Origin: Scenedesmus sp. PABB004
Taxonomy: Eukaryota
Length of the DNA stretch: 64,000 bases
Reading direction: 5' to 3'
Assembly: GCA_014905635.1 (NCBI GenBank)
Contig: JABVCE010000011.1
Coordinates: forward strand, 1 to 64,000
Positions 30,939 through 43,326 of this stretch are shown piece by piece. Made by a program: the position numbers and the translations under genes. Numbering within the stretch: position 1 is the stretch's first letter; every line of letters starts with the position of its first letter. Under the pieces are notes generated by a model. The model was not told the origin of the DNA. It searched no databases and saw nothing but the letters and a program-made list of their open reading frames with translations.

Positions 30939-32499
30939 TCACGCCAGGCGCGGGCCGCCGCCCCTACGCTCGCCGCCGCGCGCGCCGTCGAGCTCGCCCG
31001 CCGCGCGGCGCCGGGCCTCGCCCGCGCGGCGCTCCTGCACCGCGGCCTCGTACTGCGCGAGGCCGGGCAGCTCGTCCCGCCCCACGCGGCCGCGTATGAT
31101 CGCGCTCGCCCAGCGCCGCTCCGTCTGCTCGCACGCGTCGCGCAGGTCGCGGCCGCTGAAGCCGCGCGTGGCCGCCGCGAGCGCCGCGCGCTCGTTGGCC
31201 GACAGGTGCGCGGCGTACTGGCCCAGTATGGCCTCGCGGCAGGCCGCGTCGGGCAGGCCAAAGTGGATGGACAGGTCAAACCTATAGGTCACGCGGCCAG
31301 CGGCGGTCGGCGCCGGTCAGCGACCGTCAGCGGTGGCGGCGGGCGCGTGGTTTGCAGCACGCGTCAGCGGGGCGCGCGGCAGGGTGGGCAGGGGGCGGGC
31401 AGGGTGCGCGGCCCGCAGCCCGCGGCGCGCGCGCGGCGCGCGCCTGCTGAGCAGCGCGGCGTCGAGGTCGTCGCGCCGGTTGGTCGCGCCGATGACGACG
31501 CTGCGCCCCCCGCCGCCGCCGCCGCCGCCGCTGAGCTGCCCGCCGCCGCCGGGTTGCCCGCCGATGGGCTGCCCGCCGCCGCCGCCGCCGCTGCCGAGGG
31601 TGTTGTCGAAGCCATCAATCTCACGCAGCAGCACGCCCAGAAGCCGCCTGCGCGGCGCGGCGCGGCGCGGTGCGGCGCGGCACGCGCGGCGCGGCGCGTC
31701 GGCTCCCGCCCCTGCGGCGTGCAGCTCACCCGCAGCCCGCACGCGCCGCGGCCCGCGGCGGCGCGCGCGCCTGCTGGCCTCGTGCATGTCCCCCCGGTCG
31801 CGGCTGGTCGCGAGGGAGTCGAGCTCGTCCAGGAAGAGGATAGCCCCGCCGAGCGACGCGCACGCGGCAAAGACCTTGGCCAGGTTCTGCTCCGACTCCC
31901 CATACCACTTGCTCACGATGCCCTGCAGGCGCGCGGGGAGAGGGGGTGCGGGTGTGTGGAGGGGCGCGGCGGGCGCGTGGAGGGGCGCGGCGGGGGTGTG
32001 GAGAGGCGTGGCGGGTACGAAGCGAGCGGCAGCGGGTGCGGGGCGAGCGGCGGCGGGCGCGTGGCGAGGGGCGGTGGGTGCGGGGCGAGGGGCGGTGGGT
32101 GCGGGGCGGGCGCGTGGAGTGGCGCGGCGTGGCGCGCACCTCGAGCGGCACGTACACGAGCGGCACCGCGGCGCGCCGCGCGAGCAGCCGCGCGCTGCTG
32201 GTCTTGCCCGTGCCTGCGCCGCGCGCGGAGGGGCGGCGGGCGCGCGGCGCGGCGTCCGCCCGCGGCGCCCGCGCGGCGGCGGCCGGTGCCGCCCGCTGCA
32301 GCGCGCGCCTGGGGGGCCCTCGAAGAGCACCGCGCGGGGGCGGCTGCTGCCGCCCTGCTGCGCCCTGTCCTTGCGCGTGCGCGCCGCGATGGAGTCGAAC
32401 ACCTCTGGGTGCTTGAGCGGCAGCAGCAGGCAGTCCTCCAGCGCCGCCTTTTGCGACTCGTACCCCGCCAGGACGCCCCAGCCATCGCCGCCGCTGTCA

Positions 32500-32533
<34 letters not shown>

Positions 32534-34248
32534 GCAGGGCCTCGCCGCGCGCGAGCGCCTCGGGCGGTGGCAGGTACACCTGCGCGCCCAGCGCCGCGAG
32601 CTGCGCCACCGCCGCGCGCGCCGCGGGCTGCTGCCACGGCAGCAGCGGCGGCTCGGCGCGCGGCGTGTCCGGGCTGGCGGCGCGGCCGCCGGCCTGGCCG
32701 CCGGGCTTGGCGGCGCCCTGCGGCTGCTCCTGGCCCTGCCCCTGCGCCTGCCGCGCCGCCTCCTCTTCCAACTGCCGCAGCCACGCCTCCATGTCCGGCG
32801 GCGACAGCTCGCGCAGCTGCTGCTCCATCTGCTGCCGAAGCTGCGCAGACAGCCCGCCGCCGAGGTCGCCCAGGAAGGAGCGCCACCTGCGGCCGCGCGG
32901 CAACGGCGCGGCGGCGGCAGCGGCAGCGGCGCTGAGCGTGCCGCCCCGTCGACGCCGGCGGGGGCCACCCGCCCAGCGCCCGGCCGCGCGGCGCCGCCGC
33001 CGCCGCCCAGCAGCGCCCAGCAGCGCCACTCGCCGGCCGACAAAATCGTCGAGCTCCGCGCCGCCGTCAGGGCCCCACCCCGCCGCGAAGCCCTGCTCCA
33101 GGTCGCCCAGCAGCCCCTGCGCCGCCTGCTCCAGGGCGCGCCCGAGCGGGCCCAGCGCGCCGGGGCCGTCCAGCCCCGTGCCGCCGGGGTCGCCCCAGGC
33201 GCCGGCCCAGGGGCCCCCGGCGACGAGGGCCCGCCCGGCGCGGCGCGGCTGGCGACGGTGACGAGGCGGGACAGCAGTGCCAGCTCGTCCTCGGCCAGCG
33301 GTCCCCGCTTGGCCAGCGTCAGGACGCCGCCCGGCTGGCCGCCGCCGCTGTCCTCCTCGTGCGGCGACGCCGGCCGCAGCGGCAGCACGACCTGCACGCT
33401 CAGCTGCTCCCGCGCGCCGATGCCGCGGGCGGCGGGCGCGCCGGGCGGCGCGGCGGCGCGCGCGCGAGAGAGCTCAAAGCTGACGACCTTGGTCGTGCCC
33501 AGCAGCCGGCTGCCCTGCGTCTGCGTGCTCGACGCGGCGCGGCGCGCGAGGCCGTCCAGGCCGGCGTCCACGGTGGAGAGCAGCGCCGCCACGTCGGTGC
33601 CGGGCGCGAGCGGTATGCTGACGCTCAGCAGGCCGTCCGAGAGCTCCGCCGTCGGCGGGGCCGGCGCCGCGCCGGCGCCGGCGCCGCGCGCGCCGCCGGC
33701 GGTGGCGGCCGCCGCCGCGCGGTCGGCATCGAGCTGCGCCTCCTCAAACGCCGCGGCCAGCGTGCGCCGCACGGCCGCCAGCGCCGCGGCCGAGCCCTGC
33801 GCGCGGCGCGGCGCGGCGCAGCGCGGGCTCGCGCATGCGCAGCCACCCGGGAGGTGGGGAGCGCGCCAGCGCACCGCCGCGGGCGCACGGCCCCTGGTGC
33901 GCTCACCTCGTCGTGCGCGTCCGCGGCCGCGGGGCGCGCGGCAGCGGCGGCGGCGGCGAGCGCGGCGGCGAAGCCCGTCCAGCTCGCCCAGGCTGCGCGT
34001 TCCCTTCCACTCCTTCCCGCGCTGGCGGTGGCGGCAGGCCGGGGCGCGCCGGCGCCCGCGCTGCTGCGAGCGGGCCGGCCCGCTGCTGCCGCTGCCGCTG
34101 CCGCTGCCGCGCCGGGGCTGCTGCTGAATGAGCGCGCCAGCGCGCCAGTCGCAGCGCCTGCTCCCTGCAGGGTCTGGGCGCCGGGGGCGCCCAGGCCGCG
34201 CCGCGAGGCGGCGGCGGCGGCGAGCAGCGCTGCCCGGCCCCGCGCCAT
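30939..34248 (-). CDS. AAA+ ATPase (single classical AAA module), probably mitochondrial
   Basis: Exons 34248-33907, 33796-33034 (frameshift ~33216), 32886-32309, 32213-32140, 31922-31771, 31647-31444, 31281-30939. Walker A GPPGTGKT, SKWYGESE, Walker B ILFLDELD, IGATNR..LDAALLSRFD, GFSGRDL. Mitochondrial-type N-terminus (ARSFSS). Confidence 0.93.
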
Positions 34249-34319
34249 CGCCGTCGCGCGGGCGGGCGGGGAGGCTGTCGGGAAGCAGGGCGTCCTGTCG
34301 GCGCTGCGCTCGGGCGAGG

Positions 34320-34324
34320 TTACA
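34320..34324 (-). promoter_or_regulatory. TGTAA polyadenylation signal (Kazal gene)
   Basis: TTACA on the + strand, about 175 nt downstream of the minus-strand stop at 34499. Confidence 0.55.
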
Positions 34325-34498
34325 TAGGGCGGGGTCGTCGGTCGTGCGCGCCGCCGTCGCGCGTCAAAGGGTGACGTCAGGTTTTTGAGCGCCACTGGCA
34401 AGGGCGCGGGGCACCGTATTTCACCACCGTATTTCATGTCCATGGCCCAGCATCACCGTATGCCGCATTGTGCCGTACCGTACCGAACATCCCTGACG

Positions 34499-35806
34499 TC
34501 ACCCGATCGGCGGCCGCCCCGCGCTCGTGTTCCAGCAGCGCCCCGGGGCGCCCTCCTCGGCGACGGGGTACTGGGCGCAGCTCGTCCCCGCGCAGCACTG
34601 CCCCGCACGGCCCATGTCGCAGCTCTCGCCGGGCGCCTGCGGCACGGACGGGCGGCGCGCGCGTGGGCGGGCGGGCGCGTCGCCGGCCGCCGGCGCCGCG
34701 AGCCCCGCGAGCCCCCCCCCCCCCCCCCGGCCCCGGCGGCGGCGGCTGCCTGGCTGGGGCTCCAGGCTCACCGTGCAGTTGGTGGTCGGGCACTCGCCGG
34801 GCGCGAGTGGCGTGACGCCCTTGCAGCGCGCGAGGCAGTCGTTGCCGTACGTCGCGCCGTCGGCGCCGCACACGGGGCTGAACTCCTTGGTGCAGCTGCA
34901 CGGGCACGCCCCCTTGGCCCGCACCGCCGCGCCCGCGCAGCGCGCCTCGCACGCGTTGCCATACGTGACCCCGTCCTCGCCGCAGACCTGCGCGGGGCCG
35001 GCGGGGCGGCTCGGGCGGGGCCCCCGCGGGCCGCCCGCCGCGCCGCGCCGCGCCGCGCCGCGCCGCGCCGCGCGCCCTGCTGCCGCCGGCGCGGCGCACC
35101 GGGTCGTACATCATCGCGCACGCGCAGCCCTCGGCCGCCTGGCTCGCGGCGCAGGCGGTCGCGTTGGGCGGCGCGAGCGCGCGCGCGCCCGCGCACACGC
35201 GCGCGACGCAGGCGTTGAGGTATACGGACCCGTCGCCCGCGCAGCGCGGCGCGTAGACGGGGGCGCACGTGCACGCGTCGCGCGGCGAGCAGCGCCCCGC
35301 CGCGGCGACCGCCACGCCCGCCGCCTCGGCGGCGCAGCGCCCGAGGTAGGTCCGGCCGTCGGCGCCGCACACCGGCCCGCGTGGCGCGCCGGCGCAGTCC
35401 GACGCGCGCGCGGTGGGCTCGCAGAACGCGCCGCACCCGCCGCAGTAGCTCTCCACGCACACCGTCCCGCGCGGGCAGATCTTGCCGCCCGAGCCGCACA
35501 GGACGGGGCACCAACGCACCGCTGTGTCTTGCGTCGAGCACCGGAAGCGCAGCGCTGCGCCCGGCGGTGTGGCGGGCGGCGGGCGCGGCAGGCAGGCTCA
35601 GGGCGCGAGGCTGGCGGTCGAACGCGGCGCGCTCGCGGCAGGCTCAGGGCGCAGGCTCAGGGCGCGGGGCTGGCGCTGCTGCCGCGCCCACCTTTGGGGA
35701 AGGCCAGGTTCAGGGGGCGCGCTGAGCCGGCCGCGGCGGCAGCGGCGGCGAGCAGCGAGCAGGCCAGCAGCGCCATCAGCGCGAGAGCGCGCCCTGCAGC
35801 CGCCAT
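34499..35806 (-). CDS. Secreted multi-domain Kazal-type serine protease inhibitor
   Basis: Exons 35806-35692, 35521-35100, 34987-34772, 34636-34499. Signal peptide and four Kazal units (PVCGADGRTY, PRCAGDGSVYLNAC, PVCGEDGVTYGNAC, PVCGADGATYGNDC), with extra Cys-rich modules at both ends. Confidence 0.92.
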
Positions 35807-36263
35807 TTTGTGTTCAGCAGACAGTTGGACCTCTCCCCAGCGCTGCTGGGGCTCGTGGGGGCTGGGGGGGGCGGCCGGCGGCGCCTGCACAAAACGCTTG
35901 CAGAACGCTTCTATTTCGGCGCGTGCACCCGGTCCGTGCAGTCGGGCAGCGGCGCGGTCGGGGCTGCTCGATGATTCGGGGCTGGTGCACTGGACGGCCG
36001 GGCGGCCGCGGGCACGCGTGTCACCGGCGGGCGGTTTTGCTACTGCTGCTGCCACGCCGACGAATGCCTCACCGCTGCGCAAAAATCAAAGGCACGGGTG
36101 CCTGACAGTGCTTGGTTGGCACGCTCACACACGGGAAATAGAACATCGCTGCTGCGCGCCCACACTCGGGGGCCCAAAAAAAGCCCAAAAACGCCGCGTG
36201 ACGCGCCGCGCGGCGCGGCCGCGCCCTCGCCGCGCCGCCGCAGGCGCCCGAGCTCGGCGCGCC

Positions 36264-37430
36264 TCACGCCGCCAGACCGAGCGGCGCGGCCGCGCCCTCG
36301 CCGCGCCGCCGCTCGAGCTCGGCGCGGTGCTGCTGCTGCTCCGATCGCGCCGCCTGGCGCGCCGCCTCGGCGCGCGCCGCCTCGAGCAGCCGCGCCTGCT
36401 TCGCCGCCAACGCGGCGTGCGCCTCGGGGTCCTCCGCCGCCCAAAAGGGCACAGCGCGGCCCGCGAGCGCGGCGCGGTCGGCGGCGCGGCGCTCGGCCTC
36501 GCGCTCGGCCGCCTGCCGCGCGCGCGCCGCCTCCTCGCTCTGCTTCCGCGCCGCCTCGCGCTCCGCCTGCTCGCGCTGGTGCGCCTCAAACTCCTCGCGC
36601 GTCACCCTGCATGACAAGGAGGGGGCGGGGGCATTTGAGCGGCGCGGAGCCAGGACGCGCCGCGAGCATCGCGCCGCCGGCCCTCCCGCGCCCCACCTGC
36701 TCCCCAGGCGGCGGTGCCCCGGCTCGGCCAGCTCCGCGACCGGCGCCGCGGGGCCGAGCTCGCTGAGCTTGCGGCTGCGGCTCTTGCACTGCGCGCGGCG
36801 CGGCGGGGGCGCGCGGCGCGGCGGCGTGACGCGGTGCGGGGGCCGCGCTTCCACGGCGGCTGCGTCCGGCGCGGCGGCTCACCACGGGGTGGCGGTCGAT
36901 GCAGTACACCGGGTCGCTGAAGTCGAAGCTCGCCCAGCGCGCCTGCGCGGGCGGGCGCGCAGGCAGACGTGGGCGCCGGGTGCCGCCGCTGCGCTTCGCT
37001 GGCGCGCGCTGGCGCGGCGCGGCCGCCGCGGCCGCCGCGGCGAGAGGCGGCGCGAGGCATCGAGCGCGGCCCTGCGCCTGTGCCAGGCCGCCGGGCAGAG
37101 CGCCGGCACGCGGGGGCGGCGGCAGCTGCGGGAGCTGGCACGCGGCGCGGCACCTGTCCTGCCTGCCTGCGCCGCCCGCGCCGCCACCGCTGCCGCCCGC
37201 AGCCCGCGATGGGCATCGAGATGGCCATTGCCGCGTTCCGAGCGGTGTCGTGCGACCCCGGGCCCCACCTTGGTGGCCGGCGAGCCGGGCTCGGCGCTGC
37301 TGGAGCTGCCGCCGCTGGGCGTGTGCCTGTGCTGTCCCGGGCGCTCCTCCGGCGCGCTGAGCTGCTTGTGCAGGTCACGCCCCGCGGCGGGCGATCCCTG
37401 CCGCTCGCGCTGCGAGAAGAGCCGCAGCAT
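36264..37430 (-). CDS. Hypothetical protein with E/R/A-rich coiled-coil C-terminus
   Basis: Proposed phase-consistent exons 37430-37269, 36942-36883, 36788-36697, 36606-36264 (…ARWASFDFSDPVYCIDRHPVCKSRSRK…VTREEFEAHQREQAEREAARK…). No domain recognised. Confidence 0.6.
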
Positions 37431-37608
37431 GTTGCGCCGCTGCGGCCGTAGAGCTGTCTGTTTGCTGGAGTGGCCTGGTCGCGCGCGCGTGGATGCGTGG
37501 GTGTCAAGGCGCTGCGAGTCTGAGCGCGCGGGGGGCCGCCTGGCGCGGCCGTGCGCCGCCAGCTTCGTGCCGGGGCGCGGGTTTCAGCTCCGCCGAGTGG
37601 CGCCACTC

Positions 37609-38296
37609 TTAACGGCCGCCGCCGCCGCCAAAGCCGGTCGCCGCCTCGGCCGCGGGGTCGGCCGGCGGCAGGGCGGTGTAGTCGGCGCCGTCGCGGCTCG
37701 TGCGGCGCCCCGCCTCGCGCAGCGCCTTGGCGCGCAGGCTCAGCAGCGCGTCGCGCAGCCCCGGCTCGCGCAGGTCCGTGACCAGCGCCTGGATGGCCTC
37801 CTCGTCCAGCACGCCCTCGGGCGCGTCCGCCGCGGCGTCAAAATACTTGTCGAGCCTGCGGCCGTGTCGGTGCGGCGGCCGGTGAGCCGCGACGAGGCGG
37901 GGCGCGCGCGGGGCTCCCCGCGCGGGGCGCCCGGGCGCGCGGCGCGCGTGCGGCGCACCGCGGCTCCGCGACGTAGTGCACCCGGATGTTCTGCGCCGAG
38001 CCCCGCTGCGTCACAAACCTGCGCCGCGGCGGCGCGCTTTGCAGGACCGCGCGGCGCGGCGCGGCCCCGCCGCTCCAGCCCCCCCCCCCCCCCCCCCTCC
38101 CCCCTGCCGCCTGCCGCCTGCAGCCCCCCCCCCCCCCCGTGGCGGTGGCGCGCTCACTTGGTCATGCGGCTCGACCCGACCGCGCCGCTCGTGTTGCGCC
38201 ACAGCTCCCACGCGGTGAAGTAGGTTAGCACCTGCGCCGCCGCGCGGCGTCGGCGTCGGCGCGGCGTCGGCCGGCGGCCGCGCCCGTGCGCTCGCC

Positions 38297-38339
<43 letters not shown>

Positions 38340-40254
38340 AAGCGGCGCCGCCGCCCCGCGCCTGGGGCCCCGCAGGATGACCAGGTCCACGCCGACCGCG
38401 ATGGGCAGCATCACCGTCGCCGCGGCGGCGCGGCCGACGGCGCGGAGGCCGTAGGTGCGCGTCATGGCGGCCATGGTCTCCATGATGGACTCGGGGGACA
38501 CCTGGTTGCGCGGGGTTGACGGGGCGCGACGGCGGAGCTGATAGGCCTGGGGCTCAGGCGCCCCCGGTCGCAGCGCGGCGCGGCGCGCGGGCGCCTGCGC
38601 GGCTCGGCGGGGGCTGCGGCGCGCGCCTGCGTGGGGTGGTGTATGATGACCTTGGAGCAGTCGGCCGGCACGCCGCGCATGAGGCGCTCCTCGGGGGTGA
38701 TGCTGTCCAGCACGCGCCGACCCAGCCTGGCGCGGGCGCGGCGGCGCGGCGCGTGCGCGGGCAGGGGCGGGGGCGGGGTGCGCGGCGGCGCGTGAGCGCG
38801 GCTGCGACAGAGGGCCGGGCGGGCGCGGCACGCGGTGCGGCGCAGCGGCAGCCCCCGCGCCACGCGCCGCACTTGTAGACGCGGTGGGCCATGCTGCCCG
38901 CCTCCGCCTCGGCGAGGCGGGACCACATGTCGCTCGCCTCGCCCTGCACGCGCCCCACCTGGTGCGCCGCCCGCGGCGGCGGCAGCGGCGGCGGGCCGGC
39001 CGGTGATGCGCGCCGCCGTGGGCTGCCGCAGCGCGCGCGCGCGCGGGGCACGCGCCCCCCAGGGTGCGCGCTCACGTGGCCGACGACCGCGCGGCGCCAG
39101 CCCGCCTTGGGCGCGTCGGTGGGCTCCGTGGTCCAGGGGCACACCGGCAAATAGATGACCTGGCCGGCGCGGCCGCGGCGGCGCCGCGTGGACGGCCGCG
39201 GCGGCGGCGCCGCAAGCGGCGCGGCCGCCGCGGCTGCCGTCCTGCGCGGGCGGCGCCGTGCGCGCGCGCGCAGGGGGGCGCACCTTATCGCGCTGCAGTG
39301 GTATGGCGTAGATGATGAGCTCCTGGCGCTTGTCGCTGTGGTCATAGTCGGGCACGCCGTCGCTGCCGGCGTCGCTGCCCGCGGCGGCGCCGCCGCCGGC
39401 CCCGCCCGCGCCGCCGTGGTCGTCAGCGCCGCGGCTGTCGGCGGCCGCCCCCGGTGGCGGCGGCGCGCTGCTGCTGCTGCTGCTGCTGGCCTGCGCGCGC
39501 CGCGCGTCGGGCACGGGCGGCTGGTGACGGTGGTGCTGCTGCGCCCCGTGATGCTCCTGCTGCTGCTCCAGCTCCTGCCCCTGCTGCTGCCCCTGCTGCT
39601 GGCCCTGCTGCTGCCCACCAAAGTCCGCCCAGTCCGCCACCCAGCCGGGCCCGTCGCCGCTGGCGAGGCGGATGAGGTCCGCCTCGGCTGCGTGCTGCTG
39701 CTGCGCCCCGGTCCGCGCCTCGCCGGCGTGGGTCAGCTCGCCGTCGCTGTGGCAGTGCAGGTGCGTGAGTGCCACGCCGGGCGGTTGGCCCCGCGGGCTG
39801 GCCGGCGCACTGTCGGCGCCGCCGCCGCCGTCCGCGCCGCCCGTTAGCTTGTCCGGCGCGCTCACGCGGCGCCGCGGGCGCGCCGCGCCTGCGTGCGCGC
39901 CCAGGCGCGGAGCGGCGGCGGCGACGGCAGCGGCGGCGGTCAGCGCGGCGCGGCACGGGGCCACGCAGCGCTATCTTGGCGGCGCGCCGCGCGCACCGCC
40001 CGCGTCCTCGTCGTCGCTGTGGTGCGCGACGCGGCCGTAGATGAACTTCTCGGGCTCGGACTCCGCCTGCGCACGCACACACGCGTCGACGTTGGCGGCG
40101 GGACGCGGCCGGCGCGGCCGCGCAGCGGCGCCGGCGCCGTGGGCGCCCTGGGCGCCCGGCGCCGTGGCACCTGCTGCTGCTCGGCGCCGCTGGCGCTCGC
40201 GCGCCGCTCGGCGTCCGCTGCCAGTCGAGCCACCCAGCCCTGCAGCCGCTGCAT
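37609..40254 (-). CDS. Mitochondrial K+/H+ exchange-related (Mit_KHE1/DUF2343-like) protein
   Basis: Exons 40254-40171, 40066-39997, 39888-39284, 39159-39076, 38958-38873, 38726-38627, 38501-38362 (frameshift ~38371), 38231-38158, 38018-37959, 37855-37609. The pattern LIIYAIPL … WSRLAEAEAGSMAHRVYKLGRRVLDSITPEERLMRGVP … KVIIHHP … LPI … GAVGS resembles the family as I recall it. Confidence 0.7.
38299..38339. repeat. (GCC)n trinucleotide run, intronic
   Basis: Directly visible in intron 38232-38361. Confidence 0.85.
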
Positions 40255-40695
40255 CACGTCCTCAGAGCCAGCAGCGCCCCCCGGGCGGCCTCTGCAGGGC
40301 GCTGTGGGCGAGTGATGTGGACTGCTGCCCGACGGGCTCCACGCCCCAGCGCGGAGCCCCGCGATCGCGCCACGGCGTGGAGTTGTAGCTCTGTCCCCGC
40401 GCCACGTCTGCGAGGCTCAGCAGCGGCCGCAGCACCGCCAGGGGAGGAAGCGGCAGGTTTTGTGCCTTCATCCAAGCCGCGGCTCTGCGACTCAGCCCGG
40501 CGCCCCCTCGCTCTCCCCGCGCACTCCCAGCGCCCCCGCCCGCTTCCATCTCGCCATACGCGCAGCCGCAGCCGCGGCCGCGGCCGCCCCGCCCAGCAGC
40601 AGCAGCAGCAGCGGCGCCGCCCGTCGCCCGCCGCCGCGCCGCCGCGCCGCCGCGCCGCCGCCGCTGCAAGCTCGGGGTCGGCGCCAGCGGCGGCC

Positions 40696-41648
40696 ATGGC
40701 GGCCCCTCGGCCGCCGGGGCCGCCCGGCGGCGCGCCGGGGGCGCCGGGAGCGCCGACGTTTGCGCTGCCGCGGCCGAGCGCTGAGGAGCAGTGGGTTCAG
40801 AAGAAGCAGAGCGAGTTCATCCAGGGCGACGTGCGGCAGTTCAGCACCATCGACACGGAGCGGCCGTTCCGGGACCTGGGCGACGCGGTCACGCGGCTGC
40901 TGCCGTTCCACGTGCGCGCTCGCGCCGCGCGGTCGACGGCCGGCGCCGGCCCGCAGCCAGCGGCAGCGCGCCGCGCGCGCCCTTATCGACCCCCCCCCCC
41001 CCCCCCCCCTTGCCGCCGCAGCTGTTCAACTCGGTGGACGCTGGCGACGCCGACCTGGACGACACGCCCGACCACGGCGGCGCGGACCTCATGTCCAACC
41101 GGCACGAGGCGTGGCAGGAGCTGGTGATCAGCAAGGCCGACGAGCTGCGCAAGCGCGCCGACGCGAGCGGCGAGCACATTGCGGCGCTCGAGGGCCAGCT
41201 CGAGGCAGAGGCGCTGAGCGGCGCGCGGCCGCTCGACCGCTTCGCCATGGTCAAGCTGCAGCAGGAGGACCTGCGGCGCGCGATCACCGCCGACCGCGCG
41301 GTCGTCGCGAAGCTGGCCGCGCCGGCGCCGGCGCCGGCGGCGGCGCACGCGGCGCCGCACCAGCCGCCGGGCGGCGCCAAGGCCGCGCCCAAGGCCGCCG
41401 CCGGCGGCGCCGGCGCCGGCGCGCAGATGCGCTCCGGCGGCGGCGCGCTGCAGGGCAACGCGCTCGCGCTGCAGCAGCAGGCGCAGCTGCAGCAGGCGCA
41501 GCTGCAGCAGGCCGCCGTGCTGCGGGGCCTGCAGCCGGCGCAGGTGCAGCAGCTGCTCCTACAGCAGCAGCTCCAGCAGCAGTACGCGCTCCAGCAGCGG
41601 CTGGCACTGCTGCAGCAGCAGCAACAGCTCGCCAAGAAGCCGCAGTGA
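40696..41648 (+). CDS. GLTSCR1/BICRA conserved-domain protein (SWI/SNF-associated) with Q-rich tail
   Basis: Exons 40696-40911 and 41022-41648. DTERPFRDLGDAVTRLLPFH matches the GLTSCR1-domain pattern D...PF....DA..RLLP(Y/F)H; followed by a coiled coil and a poly-Q region. Confidence 0.82.
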
Positions 41649-42018
41649 GCGACCGCGGCGGCGGCGGGGTCGGGTCGCGGCGCGGCGCGGTTGCGGCGCG
41701 CACGCTGGGCGCTGTGTGCTGTTGGACGGCCGGCCGGCGCCGAGCTGGCGCGGGAGAGCCGGTCCGGTAGCCTTCAGCGCCGTCGGGTCTCGCGAGGGCG
41801 GGTGTGCGGCGTGAACCCTCGCCGCCTGGTTTGGCGCCACGCGCCGCCGCCGCCGCTCTCAAAATTCCGCTGCTCTTTCTGAAGCTTCCTCCGCGCCCCG
41901 CGCCCAGCCACGCAGCCCACGCGCGTGCCGGCGCCGCGGCGCAGCAGACGCCCGCTGCCGCTGCCGCCGCCGCCGCGCCTGCGCCCTGGCAGCGACCGCG
42001 CGCGGCGGTCCTGCAGTC

Positions 42019-43326
42019 ATGATGCAGCGCCTGAGCTCCCAGAGGCAGCACCCGGCCAGCCGCAGTGCCGCGGCGGAGCTGGAGCAGCGGCCGGCGCTGC
42101 GGCACCGGCACCGCCTGGCCGCGGCCGCCCCGCAGCCGGCTCAGCTGCAGGTGCCGCTGCAGCGCGTGCCGCCGGTGCGGCGTGACCCGGAGGAAAAGGC
42201 GCGCCACAGGCGCCCGCCTGGCTGGGCGGCGCCCGGGCCGCCGCCGCTCGGCGCGCGGGGGACGCCGGGCTCGAGCCGGGGCCGGGCGAGACGCTCTCGT
42301 ACCTGTCGGGCGACTGGCGCATCTTTCAGCTGCGCGACGGGCACCGGTGGTCGATGGACGACATGCTCACCGCCTACGTGGCGCTCCAGGAGGCCGGCGC
42401 CGCGCCGCTGCCGGGCGGCGGCGGCGGCGGCGCGCTGCGGCCCCTGCCGCGGCGGCACCTCGACATCGGCTGCGGCATCGGCAGCGTGCTGCTCATGGTC
42501 GCGTGGGGCCTGCGCCGCGCGGCCGCGGAGCGCGGCGGCGCGCCGCCCGCGGCGCTGGGCGTCGAGGCGCAGGCAGTGAGCTGCCGCCTCGCGCGGCGGA
42601 GCGTCGCGTTCAACTGCGGCGCCGGCGCGTGCGACGCGCCGCGCGTGCTGCACCAGGACCTGCGCCAGCCGCTGCCGCCGGGGCTGGCAGGGCCTAAGTT
42701 TGACCTCATCACCGGCACGCCGCCCTACATCGCAGAGGTGTGCTGCCGCGCCGCGGCGCTCTGCCGCGCGGGGCCGCAGCTGCCGCGCCGGCCGCGCACT
42801 GAGCGCTGAGCGCCGCCTGCCGCTCGCACGCGCGGCGCGCCGCAGGGCGCCGGCGGGCGCTCGGCGCGCCCGCAGAAGGCGCCCTGCTGCCTGGAGACGC
42901 GTGGCGGCATTGAGGAGTACGCAGCTGCCGCGGCGGCGCACCTCGCGCCCGGGGGGCGCTTCGTCGTGTGCGGCGGCATCCAGGGGCAACCCGCGCGCTT
43001 CAAGGGCCGCAGGGCGGCGGCGGCGGCCGCTGCGGCAGGGCTCGTTGTCGTGCGCGAGGTTATCGTCGTGACGCGCGAGGGCAAGCCGCCGCTGTTTGGC
43101 GTCGACGTCATGCGCCCCGCCGCGGAGGTCGCGGCCGAGCTCGGCGCGGCGCCGGGGCTCGCGGCGCAGGTCGCGGCGGGGCAGCTCGATGGCTGCACGG
43201 AGCAGCTGCTCGTGCAGCGCGCCGACGGGAGCCACACGGCGGCGTGGCACGCCGCGCGCGAGGCGATGGGCCTGCCGCCGCTCCCTGGAGCTGCTCCCGC
43301 TGCTCCTGCGCCACCCCCCGGCCTGA
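42019..43326 (+). CDS. Class I SAM-dependent methyltransferase, TrmN6/YfiC (tRNA m6A37)-like
   Basis: Exons 42019-42737 (frameshift ~42259) and 42846 onward. WRIFQLRDGHRWSMDD, motif I LDIGCGIGSV, GVEAQ, motif IV FDLITGTPPY, ETRGGIEEY..LAPGGRF. The 3' end is uncertain: as assembled, the frame reads on to 43763. Confidence 0.85.
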
